Assembly (NCBI GenBank): GCA_038236695.1
Contig: JBBRZM010000006.1
Coordinates: 22,167-86,166, forward strand
Length of the DNA: 64,000 nucleotides
Direction of reading: 5' to 3'
Origin: Acidimicrobiia bacterium
GTDB taxonomy: Bacteria > Actinomycetota > Acidimicrobiia > IMCC26256 > JBBRZM01
Position numbers and translations under genes: made by a program. Shown in pieces: positions 18,907 through 28,083 of the stretch; the stretch's first letter is position 1; the number at the start of each line of letters is the position of its first letter. The notes beneath the pieces are model-generated. The model was not told the origin of the DNA, did no database searches, and saw only the letters and a list, made by a program, of their open reading frames with translations.

Positions 18907-20084
18907 CGGTCTCCCCCTTCACGGGATGTGCGGGCCAGCGCGCGGCCGGCCGCGAGAATCGTTCGCTCGTCACCAAGCGGACGGGACAACGCCTCGATGT
19001 CTTCGGCGGGCCAGCCGAAGCGCACCGCAGCGGCCCGCAGGTCGGCGTCCGTGGCGTCGGCATCGAGCCCGGCGCGTGACGCAAGTCGATCTCGCACCGC
19101 GTGCTGTAACGGCGCGAGCGCGGCGGCCGGCTGACGCGTGCGGGCGAGCGAGACGCCCATCGCATCGACATACGCCCGGCGCGGCGGTGGCAACGGGCGG
19201 GCATCGTCTTCCGGCGGGCCGAGCCGGCGTCCGGCCGCGAGCATCGTGAGGAGCGCGGCAAGGGTGCCGCCGACGAGCGAGATGCGCCAGCGATCGGGAA
19301 CGGCGGACAGCCCGGTCGCGTTGCCATAGCCGTGTGCCCCCTCGGCGAAGCGCACGGGCCGACCCGACCCACCCGCGATGTCGACGCCGAGCGCGGCATT
19401 GTCGGCCTTTGCCAGCAGCCGGTTCTGCAGTGGCGACGCGTCAGCCAAGTACACGATGTGTCCAGAGCCGAACGACACGGCGTTCATCAAGGCAATGCCC
19501 CGGTTCCGCAGTGCGGCGTCGCTGTCGCCCCAGTCGGACCACGAGCCTTCGCCCGCCGCCTGCACCGACGTGATGCCCTGCAACTCGCGGGGGTCACCGA
19601 CCGGAAACGCGACCTTGGTGCCGGTCCGCGACCACTTGGGCGCGCCGCCGCTCAACTGCCGCAACCAGGCACTCGTCTCGCCGCCGCCGGCGATGAGCCG
19701 GCCGCCGGTCACGACGAACGTGCGCAGCGCGCCGATCTCCGCTCGTGTCGGCTCGTGCTCGGCGTCGAGCAGCACGACCGTGTCGCCGCGGCTGAGTTGG
19801 TTGAGCTTGATCGGGCCACGCAGGTCGTTGACGTCGTAGTTGTAGCGGCGCAGCAGATCGGCGTACGCGGCGAGCCCGCTTGATGCGGTTGACAGCGACG
19901 ACGACGGCGTGCCCGTTGTGTCGGCGCCGCGAGTGGCCGAGTCAACGAGGCTGAGCACGACGCCGACGATGATTGCGAGCACGATGGCACCGATCACCGC
20001 ACGTGGGATCGGCCCGAGACCTCGAAGGCGCGCCGTGAGTCCCGATGAAGGTGCGACGGTCGCGGAAGCTGCCGGTGTGCTCAT
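18903..20084 (-). CDS. DUF4350-type membrane-anchored protein
   Basis: I start at ATG 20084 (ATGA overlap). It has an N-terminal TM (IGAIVLAIIVGVVLSLV), a central domain with DTVVLLDAEHEPTRAEIGALRTFVVTGGRLIAGG, and a second TM near residue 270. Confidence 0.6.
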
Positions 20085-20710
20085 TTCGAGGACGCCTCGG
20101 CGAGGACGCGCGGCCACTCGGTTCGCGCCGCGTCGGTATCGGGTTTCGTCGCCGGGCGGCCGCCGTACGTCACGGCGTCGAACGTCATCGCAAGCTCGTC
20201 GAACGTGCGGAGACGAAGGCGGCGAGCAGCTTGCCCGCTGGTGAGCGACGGCCGGAACTCGATGACGCCCGCGGCGTCGAGCCGCAACAGCCCGGCCCGG
20301 AAACGCAACCGGAGCGCGAGGTCGAGATCACCGGCCTTCTCGGCGTCGTCGGCCGCGCGTTCCAATGCATCGGCGTCGAGCCCGGCAAGCGCGTCGTCCA
20401 CAGCATCGCCCGTCGCGGCCGGCGCCCGCACCGCTCGCCGCGACGCGATTCTCGTCGCGACCCACGCCGCGATGGCTCCCGCGACGAGAATGGCGATCAC
20501 CCATCCGAGCGGCGACGCGAAGAACCGAGCGAGCGCATCCCACGCCGGACGGAGACCGTCCAACCGATCGGCGATCCACTGCAGCGGACCCTTGAACGGT
20601 CGCGGCAACTTCGCGGGCTGGTAGCGGCGGTTGCCGAGGATCTGGCGTGCCCGGTCCCTCGCGCCCGAGGGGTCGACCCCAGCCGACGGAGCCGCCGCGA
20701 GCGGGTTCAC
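20081..20710 (-). CDS. DUF4129-type single-pass membrane protein
   Basis: 209-aa ORF with a GTG start overlapping the upstream stop (GTGA). It has the TM LGWVIAILVAGAIAAWVATRIA and the C-terminal pattern TSGQAARRL....FDELAMTFDAVTYGGRPA. Confidence 0.6.
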   Translation of the reverse strand: MNPLAAAPSAGVDPSGARDRARQILGNRRYQPAKLPRPFKGPLQWIADRLDGLRPAWDALARFFASPLGWVIAILVAGAIAAWVATRIASRRAVRAPAATGDAVDDALAGLDADALERAADDAEKAGDLDLALRLRFRAGLLRLDAAGVIEFRPSLTSGQAARRLRLRTFDELAMTFDAVTYGGRPATKPDTDAARTEWPRVLAEASSK

Positions 20711-21621
20711 CCGGCGGGTGGGTGGTCACCCGGATCGGGCGGCGGATCGGGCGGCGGATCGGGCGGCGCGACTCCGACCTGCTGTGCAAGCAGGGCGAGG
20801 TCGAATCCCTCGTGCCGCACGCGCAGGTCGAAGTAGATCAACGCGACGATCGTCGCGTAGACGGGCACCGTGACCGACGTCGAAATGGCGCTGGAGATCG
20901 TGCTCAGCACGACGTACCTGGCCGAGCTCGTCTCGAAGCCGCTTGCCCCCAACACCCCCACGCTGAGGATGCCGTTGAGCAGGGATGACAACAGATACGC
21001 GAGCAGCAGCACGCCGAGAATCGGCCAGCGCCGCCCGCGCACCAGCGTCCACGAGCGTCCGATCGCCTTGGTGCCGCGTGCGCCTTCGATCAGTAACGCG
21101 GGAACCGCGACCGCCCAGGAGGCGAGGAGCCAGAGCCCGGGCGCGAGGCACAGCATCAATCCAATCCCAATCGGCACCCAAACGAGCAACCCGAGCCAGA
21201 GCAACGACGGAAGCCGTCGCGCCGCGAACCGCAATGACGACGACGCGGTGGCCTTCTGCCCGAGGTAGGCGTCGCTCGAGGCCTTCATGCACGCGGCCGT
21301 TGCCAGCAGTTGCGCAAGCAAGAGAACGGCGAGCGTCACGAGCGTCGCGGCGAGCTGCAGGCCGAGTGCTCCAGTGTTCACAGTGGTTGTCGTGCCGTTC
21401 GTCGTGGTCGTGGTGGTGGAGGCGTCGGGCAGCGCCGACAGCCGCACGAGCGCGGCAAGGATCTGCAACGGGACGACGACGACCGTGGCGCAGATCACCA
21501 ACGCCTTGAAGTTGCGGGTGAAGATCTTGATGGCCGCGTCGAGTATCTCGCCGATACCCAGCGGACGGAGCTGTGGCGCGTAGGGGTTCGGCGCCGCCGG
21601 AGGCGGGGGGTAAATAGTCAC
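20707..21621 (-). CDS. Polytopic membrane protein (GP-PDE-membrane-domain-like), first gene of the MoxR operon
   Basis: 304-aa ORF with a GTG start. It has a Pro-rich N-terminus, LRPLGIGEILDAAIKIFTRNF, about 6 hydrophobic segments and a C-terminal (PPDP)3 tail. Confidence 0.45.
   Translation of the reverse strand: MTIYPPPPAAPNPYAPQLRPLGIGEILDAAIKIFTRNFKALVICATVVVVPLQILAALVRLSALPDASTTTTTTNGTTTTVNTGALGLQLAATLVTLAVLLLAQLLATAACMKASSDAYLGQKATASSSLRFAARRLPSLLWLGLLVWVPIGIGLMLCLAPGLWLLASWAVAVPALLIEGARGTKAIGRSWTLVRGRRWPILGVLLLAYLLSSLLNGILSVGVLGASGFETSSARYVVLSTISSAISTSVTVPVYATIVALIYFDLRVRHEGFDLALLAQQVGVAPPDPPPDPPPDPGDHPPAG
20731..20766 (-). repeat. 3 x 12-nt perfect tandem repeat (cggatcgggcgg) encoding PPDPPPDPPPDP
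   Basis: Read directly. It lies within the 3' end of the 20707..21621 gene. Confidence 0.9.
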
Positions 21622-21660
21622 CGAGAAACCATAAACCAGGGTTTCGGGTGCCCCGCGCGG

Positions 21661-21676
21661 CCGCGCGTTCGCGCGG
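21661..21676 (-). terminator. GC-rich palindrome CCGCGCG-TT-CGCGCGG downstream of the thiolase gene (possible terminator hairpin)
   Basis: A perfect 7+7 inverted repeat lies 30 nt after the thiolase stop. There is no U-tract, so the terminator function is uncertain. Confidence 0.25.
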
Positions 21677-21705
21677 TCGTGTTGGACGTCTTGGACGTGT
21701 TTCGA

Positions 21706-22890
21706 CTAGAGCGTGCGCACGAGCGCGGCGTCACCCTGACCGCCACCGCCGCACAACGCGGCTGCGCCGAGGCCGCCACCGCGGCGCCGAAGCTCGTTGA
21801 TCACGTGCGCGACGACGCGCGTGCCCGACATACCGACCGGGTGACCGAGCGCGATGGCGCCGCCGTTCACATTGACAATGTCGTCGGTCAGCCCGAGATC
21901 GCTCATCGACGCGAGTCCAACCGCGGCGAACGCTTCGTTGAGCTCGAAGAGGTCGACATCAGAGATCGAGAGGTTGCTCTTCGCGAGTGCTTGCTTGATC
22001 GCTCGCGAAGGCTGCGTGAGCAGCGAAGCATCGGGCCCCGCGACCATGCCGAAACCGACGAGCTCGGCGAGCGGTTCCGTGCCGATCTGCTCGGCCTTCT
22101 CGCGCGTCGTCACGATGACGGCGGCGCCGCCGTCGGAGATCTGCGACGCGTTCCCGGCAGTGATCGTGCCGTCCTTCGAGAACGCGGGCCGCAACTTGCC
22201 GAGGGACTCGGTGGTGGTGCCGGGACGGACGCCCTCGTCGGTATCGACGACGAGCGGATCACCCTTGCGCTGCGCTACGGAAACCGGCGTGATCTCTTCG
22301 CTGAAGTGCCCTTCCTTGATGCCCGCCGCGGCGCGCTCGTGGCTCTTCGCCGCGAGCTCGTCCTGCGCGTCGCGGGTGATGTTGCCGACCTGACCGGTGT
22401 ACTGGTCGGTGCCCGTACCCATGTGCACCGCGTCGAAGGCGCACCACAGCGAGTCGTGGATCAGCGAGTCGACCACTTCGTTGTCGCCCATCCGGTAGCC
22501 GCTGCGCGCGCCGGGGAGGAGGTACGGCGCGTTGGTCATCGACTCCATGCCGCCGGCGACGACCATCCTGGCGTCGCCGGCCTGGATCATCTGGTCGGCG
22601 AGGTAGATCGAGTTGATACCCGAGAGGCACACCTTGTTGACGGTGAGGGCGGGCACGCTCATCGGGATGCCGGCTTTCGCCGCGGCCTGGCGGGCGGTGA
22701 TCTGGCCCTGCCCGGCCTGGATGACGTGGCCCATGATCACGTAGTCGACCTGCTCGGGCGACACGCCCGCCCGCTCGAGTGCAGCCTTGATGGCCAAGCC
22801 GCCGAGATCCATGGCGCTGAACGAAGCCAGCGCACCGGCGAGCTTGCCGATCGGCGTGCGGGCGGACGACAAGATGACGGAGCCGGGCAT
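21706..22890 (-). CDS. Acetyl-CoA C-acetyltransferase (thiolase II)
   Basis: I start at ATG 22890 (MPGSVILSSARTPIGK), and the track extension to 23496 is rejected. It has the active-site Cys in NKVCLSG, NVNGGAIALGHPVGMSG and CGGGGQG. Confidence 0.9.
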   Translation of the reverse strand: MPGSVILSSARTPIGKLAGALASFSAMDLGGLAIKAALERAGVSPEQVDYVIMGHVIQAGQGQITARQAAAKAGIPMSVPALTVNKVCLSGINSIYLADQMIQAGDARMVVAGGMESMTNAPYLLPGARSGYRMGDNEVVDSLIHDSLWCAFDAVHMGTGTDQYTGQVGNITRDAQDELAAKSHERAAAGIKEGHFSEEITPVSVAQRKGDPLVVDTDEGVRPGTTTESLGKLRPAFSKDGTITAGNASQISDGGAAVIVTTREKAEQIGTEPLAELVGFGMVAGPDASLLTQPSRAIKQALAKSNLSISDVDLFELNEAFAAVGLASMSDLGLTDDIVNVNGGAIALGHPVGMSGTRVVAHVINELRRRGGGLGAAALCGGGGQGDAALVRTL

Positions 22891-23053
22891 GGGGGCCTCC
22901 TGAACGAGCAGCAACGGAGCGTCGGCCCGATGGTAATGGAGCGATCCAGGAGCCAACGAGTCCGCTTCGCGGGGATTGGGCGAAGGATTTCTTCGCGATC
23001 TTGCCGGCAACCTGGCTGGTTCGTCGAACGGGCCGGCCGATAGCGTCGATGGC

Positions 23054-24397
23054 ATGACCCAGATCGACGCCATCCGTACCGCGATCGTCCAAGGTGCGCC
23101 GCCCGACGAGATCGGCGCGCTCGAGCTGCCCGAGTCATTCCGCGGCGCGGTGGTGCGGGCCGACGAGCAGGAGATGTTCGCCGGGCTGGCGTCACCCGAG
23201 AAAGACCCGCGCAAGTCGACCCACATCGACGACGTGCCCCTGCCCGAGCTCGCGCCCGACGAGGCGTACGTCGCGGTGATGGCCAGTTCGATCAACTTCA
23301 ACACCGTATGGACGTCGATCTTCGAGCCGCTCCCGACATTCGCGTTCCTCAAGCGCCTGGGCAAGGAGAGCGTGTGGGGCGCGCGCCACGATCTGCCGTA
23401 CCACGTGATGGGCAGCGACGCGTCAGGCGTGGTGCTACGCGTCGGCTCCGCGGTGCGCAACTGGAAGCCCGGTGCCGCGGTCACCGTGCACTGCAACTAC
23501 GTCGACGACCAAGACCCGTCGTCACACGACGACTCGATGCTGGCTGCCAACCAACGCATCTGGGGTTTCGAGTCCAACTTCGGCGGGCTCGCAGAGATCG
23601 CGGTCGTGAAGGCCAATCAGCTGATGCCGAAACCCGCGCACCTGACGTGGGAAGAGGCCGCGGTCAACGCGCTCACCAATTCCACGAGCTACCGCATGAT
23701 CGTGAGCCCCAACGGCTCGCAGATGACCCAGGGCCAGACTGTGCTGGTGTGGGGCGCGAGCGGCGGCATCGGCGCATATGCGTGTCAGCACGTGCTCAAT
23801 GGCGGCGGCACGCCGGTCGGCGTGGTGTCCTCACCCGAACGCTCCGAGCTGCTGCACGAGATGGGCGTCGAGCACGTGATCGACCGCAAGGCCGAGGGCT
23901 ACCGATTCTGGAGCGACGACACCACCCAGGATCCGAGCGAGTGGCGCCGGTTCGGCAAGAAGATCCGTGAGCTCGCGGGCACCGATCCCGACATCGTGTT
24001 CGAGCATCCCGGACGTCAGACGATGGGCGCGTCGGTGTTCGTGGCGAAGCGCGGCGGGATGGTCATCACGTGCGCGGCAACGTCGGGCTTCATGATCGAG
24101 TACGACAACCGGTACCTCTGGATGAACCTGAAGACCCTGAAGGGTTGTCACTTCGCTAACTATCGCGAGGCCTGGGAAGCCAACCGCCTCATCGCAGAAG
24201 GTAAGGTTCACCCGACGCTGTCGCTGGTGTTCTCACTCGACGACACCGCCGAAGCTGCGTATCAAGTCCACCACAACCAGCACGAGGGGAAGCTCGGGAT
24301 CCTCTGTCTCGCGCCCGAAGAGGGCCTCGGTGTCACCGACGCGGAGATGCGCGAGCGGCTGCTCCCCGAGATCACGTTGTTCCGGCGTCACGCGTGA
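23054..24397 (+). CDS. ccr: Crotonyl-CoA carboxylase/reductase
   Basis: I start at ATG 23054. It carries the Ccr-specific N-terminal region (KSTHIDDVPLPELAPDEAYVAVMASSINFNTVWTSIFEPLPTF.FL.R), HDLPYHVMGSDASGVV, the nucleotide motif VWGASGGIG and a C-terminal HQGK-like HEGKLGILCLAP. Confidence 0.85.
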   Translation: MTQIDAIRTAIVQGAPPDEIGALELPESFRGAVVRADEQEMFAGLASPEKDPRKSTHIDDVPLPELAPDEAYVAVMASSINFNTVWTSIFEPLPTFAFLKRLGKESVWGARHDLPYHVMGSDASGVVLRVGSAVRNWKPGAAVTVHCNYVDDQDPSSHDDSMLAANQRIWGFESNFGGLAEIAVVKANQLMPKPAHLTWEEAAVNALTNSTSYRMIVSPNGSQMTQGQTVLVWGASGGIGAYACQHVLNGGGTPVGVVSSPERSELLHEMGVEHVIDRKAEGYRFWSDDTTQDPSEWRRFGKKIRELAGTDPDIVFEHPGRQTMGASVFVAKRGGMVITCAATSGFMIEYDNRYLWMNLKTLKGCHFANYREAWEANRLIAEGKVHPTLSLVFSLDDTAEAAYQVHHNQHEGKLGILCLAPEEGLGVTDAEMRERLLPEITLFRRHA

Positions 24398-24795
24398 TGC
24401 TCACAGAGATCGACCACGTCGCCATCGCCGTCAATGACCTCGACGTCGCGATCGCGTATTACCGCGACACGTTTGGCGTCGAGGTCGAGCATCGTGAGAT
24501 AGTCGAGAGCGACGGCATCGAAGAGGCACTCTTGCGCGTCGCCGACTCCTACGTGCAACTGCTCACACCGACGCGGCCCGATTCACCGGTCGCGAAGTAC
24601 TTGGAGAAGCGGGGCGAGGGTCTTCACCACATCGCCTACCGGGTCGACGACTGTGCGGCGGCACTCGAACGGGTGAAGGCGCAAGGCCACAAGGTGATCG
24701 ACGAGGCGCCGCGTCCCGGGAGTCGCGGCACCACGGTGGCCTTCGTGCACCCGAAGACCGCCTTCGGCACCCTCATCGAGCTCGTGCAGCAGTAA
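24394..24795 (+). CDS. mce: Methylmalonyl-/ethylmalonyl-CoA epimerase (VOC/glyoxalase fold)
   Basis: About 132 aa. It has IDHVAIAV.DLD.A...Y...FG, GEGLHHIAY.V.D and GT.VAFVHPK...G.LIEL. The start overlaps the ccr stop (GTGATG). Confidence 0.85.
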   Translation: MMLTEIDHVAIAVNDLDVAIAYYRDTFGVEVEHREIVESDGIEEALLRVADSYVQLLTPTRPDSPVAKYLEKRGEGLHHIAYRVDDCAAALERVKAQGHKVIDEAPRPGSRGTTVAFVHPKTAFGTLIELVQQ

Positions 24796-24855
24796 TCCGC
24801 TGACGGCGGCGGCCCGCGGGGACCGCGCGCGGATCGCACCGCTACCCTCTCCGTC

Positions 24856-26472
24856 GTGGCGGTCGAGGAACCAGACGTCCAGGGTGAAGGTGGGGCTGCC
24901 TCGCCCGTCGCGCCGGTCGCGCATCCCATCGAGGAGCGGCTCGAACAGCTGAACGAACTGCGCGAGCAGGCGTTGCACGCCGGCAGCGACAAGGCCGTCC
25001 AGCGCCAGCACGAGCGGGGCAAGCTCACGGCGCGAGAGCGCCTCGAGAAGTTGCTCGATCCCGGCTCGTTCGTCGAGCTCGACATGCTGGCCCGTCATCG
25101 CGCGCACGGCTTCGGCATCGAGAACACCTGTCCCCTCACCGATGGCGTGGTCACAGGCTGGGGCACGATCGACGGACGGAAGGTGTTCGTCTTCTCGCAG
25201 GACTTCACCGTTTTCGGTGGCGCGCTCGGTGAGGTCTTCGCCGAGAAGATCCACAAGGTCATGGACCTCGCGGAGTCGGTTGGCGCGCCGTTCATCGGCA
25301 TCAACGACGGCGCCGGCGCGCGCATTCAGGAGGGCGTGGTCTCGCTCGCGAGCTATGGCGGCATCTTCTTGCGCAACGTGAAGGCGTCGGGCGTCGTGCC
25401 GCAGATCAGCGTGATCATGGGCCCGTGCGCCGGCGGCGCGGTGTACTCACCCGCGATGACCGACTTCATCTTCATGGTGAAGGGCACGTCACACATGTTC
25501 ATCACCGGGCCCGACGTCGTGCGCACCGTCACCGGCGAAGACGTAACCCAAGAGGAGCTCGGCGGCGCGATGACGCACGCATCCAAGTCGGGGGTCGCCA
25601 CGTTCGTCGCGCCCGACGAGGAGAGCTGCCTCGAGCAGGTGCGTTACCTCCTCTCGTTCCTTCCGTCCAACAACCTCGAGGACCCGCCGCACTTCGAGCC
25701 CGACGACGATCCCGACCGGCGTTGCGACGAGATCGTCCATCTGATCCCCGACGCACCCAACAAGCCCTACGACATGAAGCAACTCATCGCCCAAGTCGTC
25801 GACGACGGCGATTTCTTCGAAGTGCATCCCTTCTGGGCGCTCAACATCGTGTGCGGGTTTGCGCGCATCGACGGTCATGTCGTCGGTATCGTCGGCAACC
25901 AGCCGCAAGTGCTCGCGGGCTGTCTCGACATCGAAGCATCGGAAAAGGCGGCGCGTTTCGTGCGCACGTGCGACGCGTTCAACATTCCACTCGTGACGTT
26001 CGTCGACGTGCCTGGGTTCCTTCCGGGCACCGACCAGGAGTACGGCGGCATCATCCGTCACGGCGCCAAGCTGTTGTACGCGTATTGCGAAGCGACAGTG
26101 CCCCGGGTGCAGATCATCACCCGCAAGGGCTACGGCGGTGCGTTCGTCGTGATGAACTCGAAATCGATCGGCGCCGATCTCGCGTTCGCGTGGCCGTCGG
26201 CGGAAATCGCGGTCATGGGGCCGCAGGGCGCGGTCAATATCATCTTCCGCAAGGAGCTCGAAGCCGCTGCCGACTCCGACAGCCGTCGCGCCGAGCTCAT
26301 CGAGGAGTACACGGAGCGATTCGCGAACCCATACAGCGCGGCGGAGCGCGGCTACGTCGACGACGTCATCGACCCGCGCGACACCCGTCGTGTGCTTGCG
26401 CGGTCGCTCGCGATGCTGCGTACGAAGAAAGAAAAGCTGCCCCAACGCAAGCACGGGAACGTGCCGCTCTGA
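24856..26472 (+). CDS. pccB: Acyl-CoA (propionyl-CoA) carboxylase carboxyltransferase beta subunit
   Basis: 538-aa ORF with [53 protein letters not shown] and GYGGAFVVM. The GTG start is uncertain by a few codons. Confidence 0.9.
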   Translation: MAVEEPDVQGEGGAASPVAPVAHPIEERLEQLNELREQALHAGSDKAVQRQHERGKLTARERLEKLLDPGSFVELDMLARHRAHGFGIENTCPLTDGVVTGWGTIDGRKVFVFSQDFTVFGGALGEVFAEKIHKVMDLAESVGAPFIGINDGAGARIQEGVVSLASYGGIFLRNVKASGVVPQISVIMGPCAGGAVYSPAMTDFIFMVKGTSHMFITGPDVVRTVTGEDVTQEELGGAMTHASKSGVATFVAPDEESCLEQVRYLLSFLPSNNLEDPPHFEPDDDPDRRCDEIVHLIPDAPNKPYDMKQLIAQVVDDGDFFEVHPFWALNIVCGFARIDGHVVGIVGNQPQVLAGCLDIEASEKAARFVRTCDAFNIPLVTFVDVPGFLPGTDQEYGGIIRHGAKLLYAYCEATVPRVQIITRKGYGGAFVVMNSKSIGADLAFAWPSAEIAVMGPQGAVNIIFRKELEAAADSDSRRAELIEEYTERFANPYSAAERGYVDDVIDPRDTRRVLARSLAMLRTKKEKLPQRKHGNVPL

Positions 26473-26477
26473 CGATC

Positions 26478-26711
26478 ATGACTGCGCAACCTCCGCTGCA
26501 GATCGTGTCTCCGGACGCCACCCCCGAAGAGGTCGCCGCGATCACTGCCGCGGCCGCCGCGGTGCTCGCGGAGTGCCAGGCCGCCGCCGCCAGTGCCTCC
26601 GGCGAGCTACACGAATGGGTACGCGCGTCGCGGTTGAGCGCGCGGCGCACGGGCCTGATGCGCGGCCCGTGGCGCCTCTCGGGCCGCATCGGACGAAGGT
26701 CTCGTGCCTGA
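26478..26711 (+). CDS. Acyl-CoA carboxylase epsilon subunit (small accessory subunit)
   Basis: A 77-aa reading frame (the tail of track ORF 25425..26711) lies directly after pccB: MTAQPPLQIVSPDATPEEVAAITAAAAAVL...HEWVRASRL...W. This is the typical AccE pattern (..IV.G.ATPEE.AA...). Confidence 0.5.
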   Translation: MTAQPPLQIVSPDATPEEVAAITAAAAAVLAECQAAAASASGELHEWVRASRLSARRTGLMRGPWRLSGRIGRRSRA

Positions 26712-27819
26712 CATCTCCAACGCGGAACTGATGACCGTCGGCTCCGACGAGGTCGTGGTCACGTGCTCGACGGATGCCGACACGACGATCAGCATCAGCA
26801 TGGGAGATCACGAGGTCACGACCACCGGGCAGTACCACTCGGCGCGGATCACTGGGCTCGAACCGGCGACGACGTACCGGCTCGAGGTCGACGGTGCCGT
26901 CCCTCCCGAGGAATGGCTTCCGGCCGAGGTCACCACCCTGGCCCGGCCGGCCGGCCGGCTCCTCGCGACGGTCGCGACGGCGAACGACGTGCACTTCGGC
27001 GAAACGCAATGCGGACTGATGGGCCACCCGGGCGAGATCGGTCCCGTGTTTCGCGCCGAGCCTGGCGCGACGCCATACCCCGAGCTGATGAACCGCGCCG
27101 CCATCGCCGAGATCCAGGCGCTCGAGCCCGACGCCATCGTCGTCAAAGGCGACCTCACCGACCGCGGCACCGAAGCCGAGTACGCGGCGTTTCTCGATGC
27201 GTACGAGACGCTGGGGCCTCGGATGCGTCATTTCCGCGGCAACCATGACGCCATGATCACGCAGACGATCGCGTCCGACGAAGCGCCGTACGCGATCGAG
27301 CTCGGTGGCGTGACCCTCGCCGTGATCGACACCGTCGTGCCCGGCATCGACCGGGGTGCGATCAGCGCCCAACAGCTCTCGTGGCTCGATGACCTTGCCG
27401 ACGAGACCACCCAGCCCGTCCTCGTCTTCGGTCACCATCACCCGTGGAATCCGGCGAGCCCGAAGCGCTCGGCCACCTATTTCGGTATCAACCCCGATGA
27501 CAGCGACGCCCTCATTGCATTGATCGGACGGCGTGAGGCGATTGCCGGGTATTTCGCGGGCCACACCCATCGCAACCGGGTACGGCGGTTCACCGGCGCG
27601 CGCAACGTGCCGATCGTCGAGATCGCATGTGTGAAGGACTACCCGGGCGCGTGGGCCGAGTACCAGGTCTACGAATCGGGCTACACCCAGGTCGTGCGCC
27701 GTATCGCCGACATGCGTGCGCTCGCATGGACCGAGAAGACCCGGGGAATGTTCGACGGTCTCTATCGTGACTACGCCCTCGGGTCGCTCAGCGATCGCTG
27801 TTTCACCCAGTCGTTCTGA
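26704..27819 (+). CDS. Metallophosphoesterase (calcineurin-like) with N-terminal Fn3/PAP-N-like domain
   Basis: 371-aa ORF with the motifs ANDVHFG, KGDLTDRG, GNHD, GHHHP and GHTHRN. Confidence 0.7.
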   Translation: MPDISNAELMTVGSDEVVVTCSTDADTTISISMGDHEVTTTGQYHSARITGLEPATTYRLEVDGAVPPEEWLPAEVTTLARPAGRLLATVATANDVHFGETQCGLMGHPGEIGPVFRAEPGATPYPELMNRAAIAEIQALEPDAIVVKGDLTDRGTEAEYAAFLDAYETLGPRMRHFRGNHDAMITQTIASDEAPYAIELGGVTLAVIDTVVPGIDRGAISAQQLSWLDDLADETTQPVLVFGHHHPWNPASPKRSATYFGINPDDSDALIALIGRREAIAGYFAGHTHRNRVRRFTGARNVPIVEIACVKDYPGAWAEYQVYESGYTQVVRRIADMRALAWTEKTRGMFDGLYRDYALGSLSDRCFTQSF

Positions 27820-27963
27820 CGGGTTGCTCGTGAGGCGTCGATGCTGAAGGCGCCGGAGCCGGACGCGACCCGTCCCGAGGAGACTTCCGGAGTAGAGACC
27901 CGGCAAGCGCCGGGGGCCCCAACGGTCTTCTCGGGACGGACTGGTCGCAGTATCCACCATTTC

Positions 27964-28014
27964 CCACAGGTTTTCCACTCCCCTGTGGAGAAAGGCTTTC
28001 GTCGCCCGAAAGTC
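27964..28014. promoter_or_regulatory. Two adjacent hairpin/inverted-repeat elements in a locally AT-richer stretch upstream of the acyl-CoA synthetase gene
   Basis: CCACAGG (27964-27970) pairs with CCTGTGG (27982-27988) around an 11-nt loop. GGCTTTCG (27994-28001) pairs with CGAAAGTC (28007-28014), including one G-U pair. Both lie 70-120 nt upstream of ATG 28084. Confidence 0.35.
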
Positions 28015-28083
28015 AAGGGCGCAAAGTGCGTGGTGATGGGCTACTAATGGGCTCCCACGGACCCGCCACGGAGGAGCGAGGCC

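Noticed and set aside
22891-23496. Upstream 200-codon extension of the thiolase ORF (track 21706..23496), and similar extensions of 14886..15914, 16664..18097, 49973..51268 and 53499..54959.
   Set aside because: The extensions are Arg/Ser/Pro-rich, overlap divergent genes, and precede internal Met/Val codons where family-typical N-termini begin, often at exact ATGA/GTGA junctions with the upstream gene.
27841-28047. 68-aa ORF in the intergenic region upstream of the acyl-CoA synthetase gene.
   Set aside because: It has no RBS and atypical composition, and it spans the two hairpins. The region is more plausibly regulatory or non-coding.
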